From Mytilus trossulus (lineage: Eukaryota): a stretch of DNA of 64,000 nucleotides. A model generated the notes under the pieces. It worked only from the letters and a program-made list of their open reading frames with translations. It did not search any database and was not told where the DNA came from. Shown one piece after another: positions 25,380 through 39,989 of the stretch. A program made the translations under genes and the position numbers. The stretch lies in NCBI RefSeq assembly GCF_036588685.1, contig NW_026963318.1, positions 1,178,001 to 1,242,000 on the forward strand, read 5' to 3'. The first letter of the stretch is position 1; each line of letters begins with the position of its first letter.

Positions 25380-25834
25380 GTAAACATTATCACTATATCT
25401 ACGTATCAGAATCAAACTTTCCGATTGTCTTTCATAACACAAAATTTGTTATTTACTTTTATTATATATTCATGCAGAACTAGTCCTTCACACGAAAAAC
25501 ATTTATTAGAATATTTTGTTTTTATTTTATTTTAAACATGTCAACATGAACAGAAAATTGATACTCCCCAAAGATGACACGCTCCCTTTATCATATTCTT
25601 GCAGAACAATCCCTATAAATGTTTAGACAGAATATAAAGATTCATCGAATTAAACGTCCCAATTCCCAAAAGGACGTGGATGCGTACTTGTACATCCTGC
25701 ACAGCCAAACGAACGCCCTACTTCGGCAAGGGTTTTACTGCCGGTTGGAAGAAGACCTGAAGTGCCCATATTTTTATTTTCCAGTCACATTTGGCAGGGG
25801 GGAGGGGGAGGGGCGAATGATACAAACTTATCAT

Positions 25835-26147
25835 CTTAAAAAGATGGTAGTCTACTGTCTCTGGGAAAATGTCAAAACTTGTTGTCTTGCATGAATATAT
25901 TTGGCTCGTTTAATTTTCATTAAATTTTTTACAATGTATTTACTTTGACCCTTCAACAAAAATATAAAAATTTCAAAATTTTTGAACCAACCGTTTTGTC
26001 AGAAAAATTACACTGGTTATAATATAGCAGTTTGACATAAACCAATTTTTATCATTGAGAAGCTTAAAATTCCCTTTACAACACAACGTAATTAAAACAT
26101 TTAGATGACTTTACGGAGTTATCTCCCTGTAGTGTTATGTACCACCT
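25835..26147. mobile_element. MITE related to 17935..18207, opposite orientation
   Basis: Ends TATCTCCCTGTAGTGTTATGTACCACC, the reverse complement of the start of the 17935 element. Internal homology (TTGGCTCG, TTTGACC) is shared. Confidence 0.7.
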
Positions 26148-27115
26148 TTAGGACAGATACATGTAAGTGTGTACTATATAAGGGTTTTCTGTTAGCCTCC
26201 TGTAAGATAAAGCTAAACAGTGCCGACAAATCTATTGATTGCATGAATTCTATCTTAAATAGCCTCTATACAAAAATGTGTGTAATCATCATAATTCTCA
26301 AACATTTGAAATTTTCAATTCACACTTTGTTATTGGCTTTTTGGATTCACATGTCGCTATACCCTAAATATGAATCCCACAAGAAACGAGAAACCTTCAA
26401 TTGAAAGTTTTCAGTCGGAAGATATCATGCTTTGACATAACATGTATTCGCCAAGATGATTCATGCATAATTTGGAACAATTTCATTTTATTTTGTTTCA
26501 TTTTATACATATTTCCAAGTTCTAATGAATTCATTTTTGGAACCTCTTAAGCATGTGTATTAGGCATGAATATATCACAACAAAACTTACGCAGTCAGAT
26601 TTACATAGGTTTCGTTACGATTGGATTTACCGGGGAGGGTGGAAGGGGGTGGCAAATTCAATTATTAGATTGGTGTGTGACAAGTAATGACAAACAAGAG
26701 AACGTATTCGTTTTTATTGGTGAAACTGATTTTTCAGAAATATCGAAAATATCACAACAGAGATGTTAACACAGTTAAATAGGTGACTGCAAACCATTCA
26801 GAACCATTGGTGCTTTACTGTACTAGAGCACCGCTCTAATGCTAACGTTCTTATTGGAAACACAGGTCCCTCAATATCATAGTAACAGGGAAATATGCAC
26901 AACGTTTGCACTTCCATATAAAGATGCTTACGTAAAATGAAACGTTTAGAGGGGAAAATCGAACGAATATTTTTGGTTGAACAGATATATGCGTTAAACA
27001 AAACATGTACATATTTGAATTCAAAGTTAAGGTTGATCCTCATTGTGAACACATTTACATAGTAGTGACTCTCAAAAGTAAAACAATATAACTACTATTC
27101 CAATTATCGTTACAG

Positions 27116-27203
27116 ACTACACATGGACCTTTGTAAAGGAGCCGATGGAAATGAGTATAAATATGATAAGGCAGAATATACAAATGGAAAATTCACAATG
27201 ACG
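27116..27203 (+). CDS. Exon 3 of 89-aa orphan protein (LHMDLCKGADGNEYKYDKAEYTNGKFTMT)
   Basis: Acceptor TCGTTACAG, donor ACG|GTATGT; phase 2 in, phase 0 out; open frame. Confidence 0.8.
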
Positions 27204-27279
27204 GTATGTGACATGGGAATCATTTTAAATTTATAAGTTGGAAATTAGTTTAAAATTAAAATGTCAATTGTTCGGGAAC

Positions 27280-30200
27280 ATTGAGAGGTCTTTCCTTTTC
27301 ATATTGTAGAATATATGTTTAAATAGATGTAGAATGCATTGAAAAGCTTTAAAACACACATAAAACCTTAAAACTGAGACAAAAACATAACAAGGGGTAA
27401 GGTCATAAGTCAATGTCAACTTGAAAATTTGATCTCGAGGCTTTTGCAAGGTCAAATGAATTGATGATCTTCGGTGAAGATCCTTTGGTGGCTACGATTT
27501 ACGGTTTTGTGAGATTAAGTGGCCAACTGACATCGGTTAATTTTCAAAGGGGCATAACCCTACCAATGAGACTTGAATTTTTTCGGCCCAAATGTAACGA
27601 AGAACTAAGTTATAGTCCTGAACAATTTCCACCCTTCGGTTTTTTTCTAGCTTTTACGGTTACGGTGTTTTTCCCATAACAAGGTTTATTGGTTTTGGGC
27701 AGATATATCCGGACCTACGAATTTTTACGACTCATAGGGTGAGTTCTGGATTAGTATTTGTGACACCGATACAAAATGTGAACATGAAAGCGACATGTCT
27801 TACGGTTACAAAGGGAAATTTTGCCAAAGTTTGGCGGAAAAAAATAATAACAATTTCAAACCAATTGTTCAGAGAAGAATTGATGGTCCTTCTACCTCAA
27901 CTTTCGATTAAAATAAGTTGTGAGAAGATGTCATTTCAGGTTCATATGATTGGTGACTTCAAAATATAAGGTTTCTGGGTACTTTATCATTATACTAGTG
28001 TTCAAATGGCTACTTCCGGGTCAAAGAATATCACTTCCGTTTGACCTTTTGAAGGTCATATGTCTACCAAACAAATGCAAAATAACTAATGGTTTTATAA
28101 TGAACCAGTATTAATTTTTAGCAAAGGTCATAATCTAGAACGTTAAATTGGCCTTTGACCTTGACGTCAATTTAAATGCCATAGGTCAGTGATCTCATAC
28201 CGAAAGATCCCATGTCATTCACTTGTATAAGGATGACCGAAACACTTCGACTTAAACTAGAACGTTAAATTGACCTTGAGCTCAATTTTAAGGTCATAGA
28301 TAAGTTATCTCATATCGAATGACCGCAGGTCATTCAATTGTTTTGTTTATGAGTTTTACTGATTTCAAATATATAAGGGGAGACAACTATAAAGGGTCAC
28401 CAAAATAATGCGTTTAAGCTGCTCCATGTCTTAAACATTTTTTTGGCGAAAGCATCTCCTCATTAACTGTAACGGTCTCTGTGACTTATGGTGTATGAAT
28501 TTATTCAACATCACCTGTGTTGAATTTGAAATGGGAAATTACTCCCATACGATAACAAAAAACATCATTAAGAGTAGACAGACAATTTGGAAAAATGTTT
28601 TTGTCGATATCATTTACGGTTACAGAAAAATAAAGATAACAAGAAAAAAGGGTCGCGGGGAGATAACTCCTGTAAGAAAACGTGTTCGGTCACACAGGGT
28701 GAATGGTGAAAACATAAACAATGTACAATATCATGGGCCAAAAAGCCTTTCGATTTGTCAAGTAATATAAAACATCTCAGAAGGTCTTTGCACCTCAACT
28801 ACGATAATAAAGAGTTAAATTTAAATTAGAAGATATTACTTCTGGTTCATATGATTTGTTACTTCAAACTGATTCTAAACATATAAGATTTCTTGATACT
28901 CTTTCATTAAATCAGTATGGAATAGGCTACGTCCGGTTAAAATATTGTCACTTCCGGTTGACCTTTTTAAAGGTCATATATCTACCAACCTAATGCAAAA
29001 GGTTAATGGTTTTATAATGAACCAGTATGAATTTTTAGAAAAGGTCAAAATCTAGAACGTTAAATTGACCTTTGACCTTTGACCTTAACGTCAATTGCAA
29101 GGGCATAGGTCAGTGATTTCAACATATCACCTTTATAAATTTGAAAAGGGAAATTACTCCCATAAGATGTCATTGGATCACTTCAGTTAAACTTAAGCAA
29201 AACAGCCTTAAGTTTATGTAATATATACGTGTTTCTCGTTTCTCGTTTTGTTTATATAGATTAGACCGTTGGTTTTCCCGTTTGAATGGTTTTACACTAG
29301 TAATTTTGGGGCCCTTTATAGCTTGTTGTTCGGTGTGAGCAAAGGCTCCGTGTTGAAGGCCGTACTTTAACCTATAATGGTTTAATTTTTAAATTGTTAT
29401 TTGGATGGAGAGTTGTCTCATTGGCACTCACACCACATCTTCCTATATCTATTTAAGAGTAGACGAACAATTTAGAAACATATTTTTGTCGATATCACTT
29501 ACGGTTACACAGAAATAACGATAACAAGGAAAAGGGGTCGCCGGGAGATAACGCTAATAAAAAAAGTATTCCGTCACACAGGGTGAATGGTGAAATCGTA
29601 AAGACTGTACAATATCATAGGCCAAAAATCCTTCCGATATGTCTACTAAAAAAAAACAACTAAAGATTAGAAGTCACTTCCGGTTTACTCTAAATTATTT
29701 CTGGTCTAAAATCATAGGTTTTCTTTATTATATTGATTCCAAATATATATTGATTTTTGGTTTTTTTGTCTAAAATAGGGAGATGGTTTGCTATTTCCGG
29801 TTAAAAACATGTCACTTCCGGTCTCATCAGATAGATTTTTTTCACATTGATTCCAAAAATATATCTTTTTTTATATACTTTTTCCTTTAATAAGAGGTTA
29901 TTTGCTACTTGCGGTTTAAAGAGAGTGACATCCAGTCGCAAATGATACGTTTATGCATGCTGATTAAAAAAAGATATGGTTTCTATGTACTTTTCCATGA
30001 AAAGAGTGCAAAAGACAATACTTCAGGTTGACATTTTTTAAGGTAAGAAGTCTCCAAACCTAATGCAAAAAATCCTATGGCTTTATCATGTACAAGTATT
30101 AAGTTATAGCAAAGGTCAAGATATAGAAAGTCACATTCTAATTTGACCTTGACCACAATTTCAAACCATCTCAAATCACTATACCCTAGAACTTTACTTT

Positions 30201-30935
30201 GTATAAATCATGAGTTATATCTTCATACAACTTATTTTAAACTTTCCAGGGTAAAAAAATATTGAAAGGGAAGGTCCTATTTTGACAAAGGTTACGACAT
30301 GTTGCAACGAAACAATTTGGAGAACATTTTTGTAGTTGTTTATTACGGTTTAGTGAGGAAAAGCGAAAACAATCAAAAAGTAAAATTTAGATCATAACAT
30401 TGACCTTTGACATTGACATCAAATTTCTGTTGGTGATCCAAGGACATCAAATCAAAATACCCTAGGTCTCTATAACTTACAGTTCATGATTAACATTTAT
30501 ATATTAGAATGTAAAATACAGAAGGGTAAATAACTCTCATATGGAGTCTCCGTATCGCTTCGACAAAATTTAACAAAACATCCTGAGGATAAAGTGTGGA
30601 AAAATAAATTTGGCGATTTTTACAGTTGCAGAGAGGTAAACATAACAAGGAAAACAGTGTACGGGAAGATAACTCTCACAGGAGAAAGTGTACGGTTACA
30701 CATGGTCAGCTGCGAAAGCGTACTCAATGTTCGATATCATATGCTAAAATTCTTTTCGATTTTTTGCAAAAAAATAATCTCAACATCAAAAAGACAAAAA
30801 ATAAAAAAAATATCAGGAAATTGGAAAGACCTAATAATCAGAACAAAAGCAAAAGGTCTTTGCACGAAAATTTAAAAGACCTAATAGAAGAAATACAGTA
30901 AGGTCTTTCCCTTTTAGAAAAGGAAAGACCTTAAG
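27280..30935. mobile_element. Large intronic Helentron-like element with internal ~0.9-kb tandem subrepeats and a nested family-B insertion
   Basis: AGGTCTTTCC near the left end (~27285) recurs in the terminal palindrome AAGGTCTTTCC..GGAAAGACCTT (~30900-30932). Blocks at ~27990-28800 and ~28880-29660 are diverged duplicates, with a third partial copy at ~30030-30770. Rich in TGACCTT and ACTTCCGG. Confidence 0.6.
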
Positions 30936-31324
30936 TATATATATTATACTGTCAGAGCCATAAATTGGGTAAGAAAAGAAAAAATGCCGAAATACTAGTA
31001 TGCCTCTTGGTTTAACATTTCTGATTTGTTTGTGTCCTATGTTCATCACATCTACGAGTGTTTAAAAAAAAACAGTTGATTGTTGTTACCTTAAATAATA
31101 AGTTACATTCTGAACGACTGCATTTTACTATACATATATATAAAATAATTTCCGATTTAAATTACTAAAACACTTATATGTGGGTCATCAATCTAAGTGT
31201 TAAACTATGTGTAAGATGCGAATATTAACTTGTTTCCTTAAGATTGACGATTGTTACGAAACCCATTTTCACATGTTCTAATATAAATATTCAACTCTAT
31301 CTATTCATTTTTTTTGTATTTTAG

Positions 31325-31381
31325 GTGAGGTACGATAAAAAGAAGACCATCATTGTCACCCTCACACCTGTTGCAAGATGA
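31325..31381 (+). CDS. Exon 4 (terminal) of 89-aa orphan protein (VRYDKKKTIIVTLTPVAR*)
   Basis: Strong acceptor TTTTTTTTGTATTTTAG; phase 0; TGA at 31379-31381; AATAAA at 31502-31507. The four exons total 270 nt. Confidence 0.8.
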   Translation: MRYDKKKTIIVTLTPVAR

Positions 31382-34300
31382 ACTTTAGTTCGAAACAACG
31401 TAGATGAAACACAGGCAGAGAATTTGTTTTTATTGTAAGACAGCATTTTGATCTACAAGTATTTGTAATGAATTTTTCCCTACTTATTATAAAAATTTAG
31501 AAATAAATGAGAATCCATAGTCATTGATAATATTTCTGTTGTCTGTCAAACAGATGAATATGTTTTAAGAAGAGTTTGAAAATATCGAGATGGTGTCATT
31601 ATTTCTTTTATTTTTTATTTATGAAGGGAAGAAAAAACCAGGTCTACGGAGGCTTCTTTCTGCCGTCGTGAAGTCGAGTTGCCGAGATCATTAAATCGAC
31701 TTGCCGAAATATTTACTACGGAAGAGTATATTGGCCTCGTGTTCGTTAATTTTATAACATATTTATAATTAATTTTAAGCAAAGTAACACCTTATTTCAC
31801 AATCTTTCTCTTACTTTTCTTGCATGTGTATGTCAGATTAATTTTAGGCGAGATAACGCATTGTTTCACATTTTTTTTATTTTTTCTCGCATATATAAAT
31901 TAAAGTGCCATAATTTGTGATAAATAAATTGCCATAAATATGCTGTCGGTTTAACTAATACGATTAAGCTGCCAAACCAAAACTGTTTCCGACTTCTTAC
32001 TCAAGCCGCAGAAAATGTTGCTATTTTGAAAGTTATTGCTGAAAGATGTACGGTTTTGCTTTCAATTCACGTAAGTAGTTTTTTGTTAGTTTATGATGTG
32101 AAATGTTAAGTCGGGGTCACCCATATCAACCACAGAAATTTAGAAAAAAAGAAAAACAATCAGGTAAACTATATAAGAAAATGCCTGTACCAAGTCAGGA
32201 ATATGACAGTTGTTATCCATTCGTTTGATGTGTTAGAACTTTTGATTTTGCCATTTAATGGGGGCTTTCCTTTTTGAATTTTCCTCGGAGTTCAGTATTT
32301 TTGTGATTTTACTCTTTTTTTTTTATAACAGTTCCATTAGTGAAAACCAAAAACCTTTGTAACGTTAACTAATGAATGATTAGAAAAAACAAAACAAAAT
32401 TATAAAAACCAAAAGTGTTAAGATATCAAGATTTGCAATGGACTCTCCTCATGTGTATAAAACAAGACCGAGTACGTGTTAACTTGAACGATTTCACTGA
32501 AACAAAATTTTGGGACAATATGTTTGTTTCATTTGCTACGTAAGGTTTAAAACTTCTCTTGTTTATAGCCCACGAGAAAACGTTTTCTGTGACCGTAAAT
32601 GGATGATAAGCTTAACCAATACATAACCACAATTAGGCACATAAGGTGTAATACCACCATTGATTTCCCCCTATTAGTCTTTGTTAAATTTGCACTTTTC
32701 AAAAAAATGTGCAGAATTTATCTTTGTTTTAAATAAAGAAATACTTGTCATGAGTAAAGTTTTATCCTGTCCAGTACTAACGTCAAAATGTCAAATAACA
32801 TTTCGTTGCATATAAGAAAATAACCATCACTGGAAGTTAACTAATACAATTTTCACCTTTTGTTTTCTTTGTGCAAGCTTTAGTAACAATGTAACCTCAG
32901 GTTTCCAAATTATTCTATAGAAAAACCAAATGAAAAATAATGGTGCTGTGAAACACCAAAGATATATATGTATGGCCCAGAATTTATTTACTGCAATGAA
33001 ATGTAGGATTAATTTTCTTCAAATGTCAAATATCCTTTTCGACTTTTTTTTGTGTATACAACCGGATGTGACGTACTATGATTTGGTAGTATCACACCAT
33101 AACAGAAAAATATAATTTGCATTGACTAACAATGAACCTGTGCAGCCTCTGACTTGAAACAGTAAATGTGACAAATAAATAAGAAATGTTTGTTGATAAT
33201 AACTATCGAGAAATCCCCTCTTATAGTGAAGTTAAACGGTAGGGCCCTTTAATTTTAATCTGAATTGTCGTTGAAATTTTGGTACTGCATATATATATGT
33301 TTACTGGATAACGATGGTGCAGAAGCAGCAGTTTCTGTCAGTTATAACATGGATAAGCCCAGAACCACAATTACACTATTTGCATGCAAACTAAATACTA
33401 TTATCAAAATGATTTGACTTGACAAATGAAGAAACCAACTGTTCAGAGTGTTAAATCACAATTTAATAGTCAGGCCCTTTAAATCCTATTATCCAACATA
33501 ATACATCAATCAAATATCAACATATTATTATAATTTATGTTTGGTCGTTATTTCTGTCGATCACTGACCCATTTTCAAATGGTTTTTTTGCAACCGTAAA
33601 TTACCTGCTAATTGAAAATAAATTAAATAAAAAAAAAAATAAAACAGGCAAGTTGATTTATGTACGAATTACCTGTTGAGGATGCACTTATGATAACGTC
33701 ATTTAACTGTCGAGCCCTTTAAATTGAACGCTTTTTAATGTAAAATATATCAATAAGGTGCAATTGCACGGAGTAATATAACAATGGGTCAAAATTTATA
33801 TGTCAATGAGTCAATCTGTTCATCTTCTGTTAAGAAGCATGTGAAATCTTTGTCTGACCTTTTTGTCTAAAAATAAGAATGATCGTATGTGGTTAACGTC
33901 TAAACAAGATCCAGCCGGACGTCTGTACTTATTTTTCTATGTTGATACACCCCATTCCACGTGCTATGATTTTATCTCAAAGAGTTGATTCAAGCTTGAG
34001 GGTTCTTTAACGTGTTGCGAAATTTGTGCTCACCCAACATTCCATTCATGAGTCAATGGAGTAACCTGTATAATCTGACCAAATATAACTGCTTATCGGT
34101 ACTTTTCGAACATTAAAATGTATGACTTTTCTTTAATAAAAAAAAATAGAAAATAAGAAGATATGGTATGATTACCAATGAGACAACTCTTCACCAGAGA
34201 CCAAATGACATAGATATTAACAACTATACATTGTAGGTTGACGTACGGCCTTAAACAATGATCCATATCGAATAGTCAGCTTTGGTATAGTTTAACTCCA

Positions 34301-37300
34301 AGAGGCAGAATTACAGGTGACCAACTAAATGTACTCGTTTGGGTAATTCTAAAAAGATACTCAAGCTATAGAATAGCGTGTCAGATTTTTCTCGGCACAA
34401 TACAAACTTTGTTTGAATATTCTTCTATACAAAATAAAAAACAACAATAGAAAAATTGAAGTCATCTCGTAAGTTGTAAGGCTTAGATAAACTAAAATAA
34501 TCATCATTTTTGTTTTTAATATATGTATATATATATTATGTGTTAAACATATCAATTCCAACATCGAGCAAATTCTTTTTTTTAAATTTGTGAATCTTTG
34601 ATATATCAAGATAACATGGAATAGTAATAAATGTTTGAAAGCATCATGGACATGTACGCTATATGTCAAAACTATACTTGTTTTTTCTCGTTTAAATTGT
34701 TTTACATTGTCATTTCGGGGCCTTTTATAGCTGACTATGCGGTATGGGCTTTGTTCATTGTTGAAGGCCGTACGGTGATCTATAGTTGTTAATTTCTGTG
34801 TTATTTTGGTCTCTTGTGGAGAGTTGTCTCTTTGGCAATCATACCACATCTTCTTTTTTATTGTTAATAAAAACACTTCTGGAGGCTCCAATAGGTAGAA
34901 CGATGGTGGTCACAAGTGAGTTCTAAATTATAATCACAGAAGCAATATATCAAAATATGTTTGATGTTTTCATATAACTTCAAATGACGAATGTCTTTTT
35001 GCTTAGTACGATCATTCACATAATGTCGGTACTGTAACAATTTGTTCAGACGTTTAATACATTACATTGGATAAAAAAGACTGTAGTGTATATTACACTA
35101 TTGTTACCATTGACGTATTATCAAAGTAGGGGTTTTTCTGACACATATCTACATATAAATTTATTCTTTTAAAATAGATACCAGTGTAGTGTACTAAATT
35201 TTGAACTGATCAAATTCAAATTAATATATCTACATGTTTCAACATTAGTGGTCTACCTTGGCCTTCATACTGCGAACACAGACAATTATATTACTACATT
35301 CGTATTCAAGACTCACAGAGGAATTGTTATTTACGTTTACATTTTTTAAAGAGATTTACTGTAAGATACTATTATAATTACATATAAAATGTACCATATA
35401 TATGATAGAAACATTTTAGAAAATGAAAATGAATACAATTGCAACCAAATACCCATTTATAACGTAAACGTGAATGTAAATTATTCTGCATATTTGGAAA
35501 TATATGTTCAGTTGTTTGAAAGGTATTGATTGTTATCTATATACCGTATTGTTTACGTGATCAATTTTAAATTCTCCAATTCATCGGTCTGCAAAACTAA
35601 GTACACTGTTTACAATAACATAAATGTTAGTTATTAATAAATCTAAAACATTTTCTTTACAACTGAAATGAACAATAAATAAACAGCCAGTTAAAGATCA
35701 AAAGTTCCCATTGAGCGTATTGTATATATGAACTTTTTCGTCAACTTATTTTGTTTTTGTCTTTGCTCATGTACAATTTGTTTCTAATGTGGCTTGAATT
35801 ATGTCGCTCTTATGCAGAAAGGCGCTTCAGGTGCATGCAGTTATAGAGTGTGAATTTCATTTACTTTCGTTATTCAGCGTTCATTTCTTTTTACATATAA
35901 CCAGTTTAAAGTTTATTATATGTTGTGGTTTTCGAACATTACGCTTTAATATATAATACACTTAACAAAACGTTAGCTTGTCTTTATACACTCATAGCAT
36001 TTACGATTGTAGCTAGATAGTAACATTATCATTAGTTAAACTGAATAGAAACATAATTTTTTATAGAACCTCGAACTTTAGGTTCAAAACACAATAGTGC
36101 ATGTGTATATGTAGTCTAACAAAACATGTATCTTTTCGGTTACCTATAGCAATTCTAAAAAAGAAAAAAAAGACAGGAAAAAATGACAGCGGCTCTGTTC
36201 ATAAATGTATTACTAAATATTATAAACGCGTTCAGCAATTATACGCTTTTTTTTATTTATGTTGCATTAAAGTATTTATATTGAAAAAAATGTTTAAAAC
36301 AATTAAAAGCGTCAGTTGAAAATTTGTACACTTGTCAAAGAGAGGCGAAAGATACCGAAGGGACATTTAAACTCATAACGCCATAGCTATAAAGGAAAAA
36401 GACCAACAGACAAACAATAGTAAACATAACACAACATAGAAAACTAAAGACTAAGCAACAAGAACCCTACCGAAAACTTGGGGAATCTCAGGTGCTCTGG
36501 AAGGGTAAACAGATCCTGCTCCACATGGGGCACCCGTTGTGTTGCTCATGTTAGTACAAACCCGGTGAAAAGTTTCTGATCACCAAGTGTTTCCTTTGAA
36601 ATTATGTTCATTATAAAGATATTTGAAACATAACGATATGACTGCTAACAGTATTAAACGCACAAACAAAAAGACAAAACAAAGCATTTCTTATCACTTG
36701 GTAGTAATGCAGATATTATTTGGCTTTTGTTTTACTTTTCTTATTCGAGCTTCACTGGAGAATCTTTTGTTGATGTTACCACGTATGGCGACCACATTTT
36801 TAACCTTGGTATCTATGATTAGTTTATCTAAATATTGTGCAGTCGTTAAGCACTTTGTTTAGTGGGCACAACAGATTTTTTGTTAAAAGGGTTCACAGAT
36901 GTGAGCATAATTATTGCACACATAAGAGCGGATTTTCTCAATTCGTATAATAAAATTCATATAAATAGATACTAACATATGTACAGATCAAGTCATATTC
37001 AATCGATATGACATTGTCTGGATATAATAGTTTTACGCGAAAAACATACATCTTGTCTGACATATTATATTTATAAAGCAAAATGACGTCATTCCCTTTT
37101 GTATTGGAGCATTTAAATTTAATTCCACTAAATAACCTGCTTCAAGTTCTGTCCTGCAGGAATTATTGGATCACTTCTTACTTTTACATGTTTTGAAATT
37201 CATGCAAACAAAAAATATACATGCGCAATCGATGTTCCTTGATAGATGTCCTTGAACATGTATAATGCCAGCTTAAATTACAAAATGTTACAGTCTGTAG

Positions 37301-38390
37301 TTTGAGTAGGAATGCAGAATTATAAATTGTGTTTTATGAAAATTAGTATATATTAAGAACAACCACCATTTAAATTATAAAGTAATTGAGTCTGTCTAAT
37401 TATATTAGTTTAATTTATGACTTGGTTTTACCTGTTTCAATTTATATACCTTTATTTTTAAACATATGCATTGCCTGCACTATCTGACACCTATGACACT
37501 AAAAAAACCTATGATAAATGTATGCTGAATCACTTCTAAAAATACTAGTTATGTAGCAGCTGTTTATATACAAGTCATTTTGGCTACAGGGTGGATATTT
37601 GTCACACACGTCTCTTTAAGTTTAAAAACTAACAGATTGAAAACAGAATGACCCAATTAACAAAGAGGAGGGACACTTTAAAGTAAAACAACAAAAGTAC
37701 AGCAGTCAACATTGTGTTATAATCTCAATCAATATGAAAACAAACAAATATGTCAACATAGAAAAACAAAATTGCATATAGATAAAACACATTCGCAAAA
37801 TTGAAACACATGCAGATAAAAATTGACATCAACACAACAACACAATGTCGGGATGTACAAGTACTGAGCCACGTCTAAAGGATATTACCAAAAATGGACT
37901 AAACAGTAAACGTTCATAATTTACAAAGACAAATGACAGAACACTATTACACGTATTTAAGATGATTAACAACGTCAGTACATAGAATATATACATCAAG
38001 ATGTTGTCTGCTCTAAGGTCGGGTTGTTGTCGCATTCCCCAATTCCTTTTCAATTTTATCAAGACCATATATATTCATAGAATAATGCAGCTCTTTATCT
38101 AAATGGGTTAAACAAATCGATTGGAAATTATCAAATTGATTTTTTTGTTTGATGTTTAGAAAAGGTTTTTTGTATAACATTTTTGTTTCTAAAAATCATG
38201 TGAACCTAACAGAACAGAACACAAAAAATCCAAATCATCAGCAAAAAAAATTTGTTTATTGAGAAAAATCAACGGAAAATTGCAATTATTTAAACATCCT
38301 CCAAAATGATAAATTTGAGCTTATCAATATTTGTATTCAACAATAAAACAGTTTATTTTGAATCTGATCCACGCTTAGATAGATTGAATG

Positions 38391-38426
38391 GTGTGTGTGT
38401 GTGTGTGTGTGTATGTTTGTGTGTGT
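38391..38426 (+). repeat. (GT)n microsatellite
   Basis: Direct inspection. Confidence 0.9.
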
Positions 38427-39989
38427 TTAGCGGAAATGTAAGAATTATATTACCCCTAAACCAATGTGTCATTGTTCTTGTCATTTATATTTTCATCCAT
38501 CAGTCTGAAAACATTTAAAATGAGCATTGCTCTACCTACATCGCTTGGTAGATGTTAGTTAATTTTAAAGTTTTAAAGTTATCATATGAAGAATGTACAT
38601 GACATGATAACTAAATTCATATAACATGTTTTATAAATGTAACAATTAAATAATTTTAAATTCACCATTGTTGACCTTTTTTGCTTTAGTGATATTCATC
38701 ATCAATTGTCAACTTATAAAAAAAGATGTGGTATGATTGCCAATGAAACAACTATCCACAAAAGACCAAAATGACACAGACATTGACAACTATAGGTCAC
38801 CGTACGACCTTCAACAATGAGCGAATCCCATACCGCATAGTCAGCTATACAAAGCCCTGATAAGACAATGTAAAACAATTCAAACGAGAAAACTAACGGC
38901 CTTATTTATGTAAAAAAAAAATGAACGAAAAACAAATATGTAGCACATAAACAAACGACAAACACTGAACTACAGGCTCCTGACTTGGGACAGGCACATA
39001 CATAAATAATGTATCGGGGTTAGTTTTTTTTCCAAAACTAAATATATTTTGTTTCAGACCGCCAACTCCAAATAATCAGTGATATACAAACAGCATACTC
39101 TGTATCACATGTTAGCAATAAAGTGTAAAAGAAGAAAGGGATCTATTCAAACAATATGTCTATACGACAATTTAGAAAAAGGCTTAAACATATGATATAG
39201 TTCATGCTATTTTTCATAAAAAGTGCAAAAACAAAAATTGAATGTAGATTTAAGTTGATTTGAACAAAATTGTATCGTGTCGCTAGGGCGAACGACAGGT
39301 GTAAATATTTTGCCGTAGTTATGCACTTATGTTTAAGGGCTCAATAGAAATCATTAATTTGGAATAGAAGTAGCAACTAAAGAAATGGTTATTGATCAGA
39401 TCAGGGCTTACTTTCTTTCAATAGACAAATAGCGATTGGTGTGTCCATTCATTTAATACTATGTTTATATTTGTATACCAACATATGTCAAGATCTTGTA
39501 ATATTAAATCGGAATACCTGGATTCTTGTTTGAATTGTAAAGTAAACAACTCCTCAGACACATTATATATATGAAACTAAATGCCGTAATTTGAATTGAT
39601 TTCCAATAAATGAACCGTTTAAAATTCTGTCCTGTAGAGTTGTACTGCATCACTGCTGCACTTTAAATGTTTTGTAATTAATAACAAACAAAACATAAAC
39701 ATGCGCATAAGACATTTCTTGATAGAAGTCCTTCAACATGTAAACATGAATATAGAACTGTAAAATCCGGACGATAGTAGTTTGAGTGTTATGACTGACA
39801 TATATAGTGCTACCACTGTACATGTACAATAGTCGAATTTGAACTGAAATTACAAACAAGCATATCTGCTTTGAAACGTTGCCACAAACGAACGGAACGG
39901 TTTAATTGTATTATCTATCATTAATTGCGTTTTGACTAATCCAAAGAGTATACATCTTACTGTTATCACTTTTTTTAATCTTACTTCAC

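Noticed and set aside
32641-33252. Possible additional TTAA-type MITE
   Set aside because: The termini are too poorly matched to support boundaries from this window alone.
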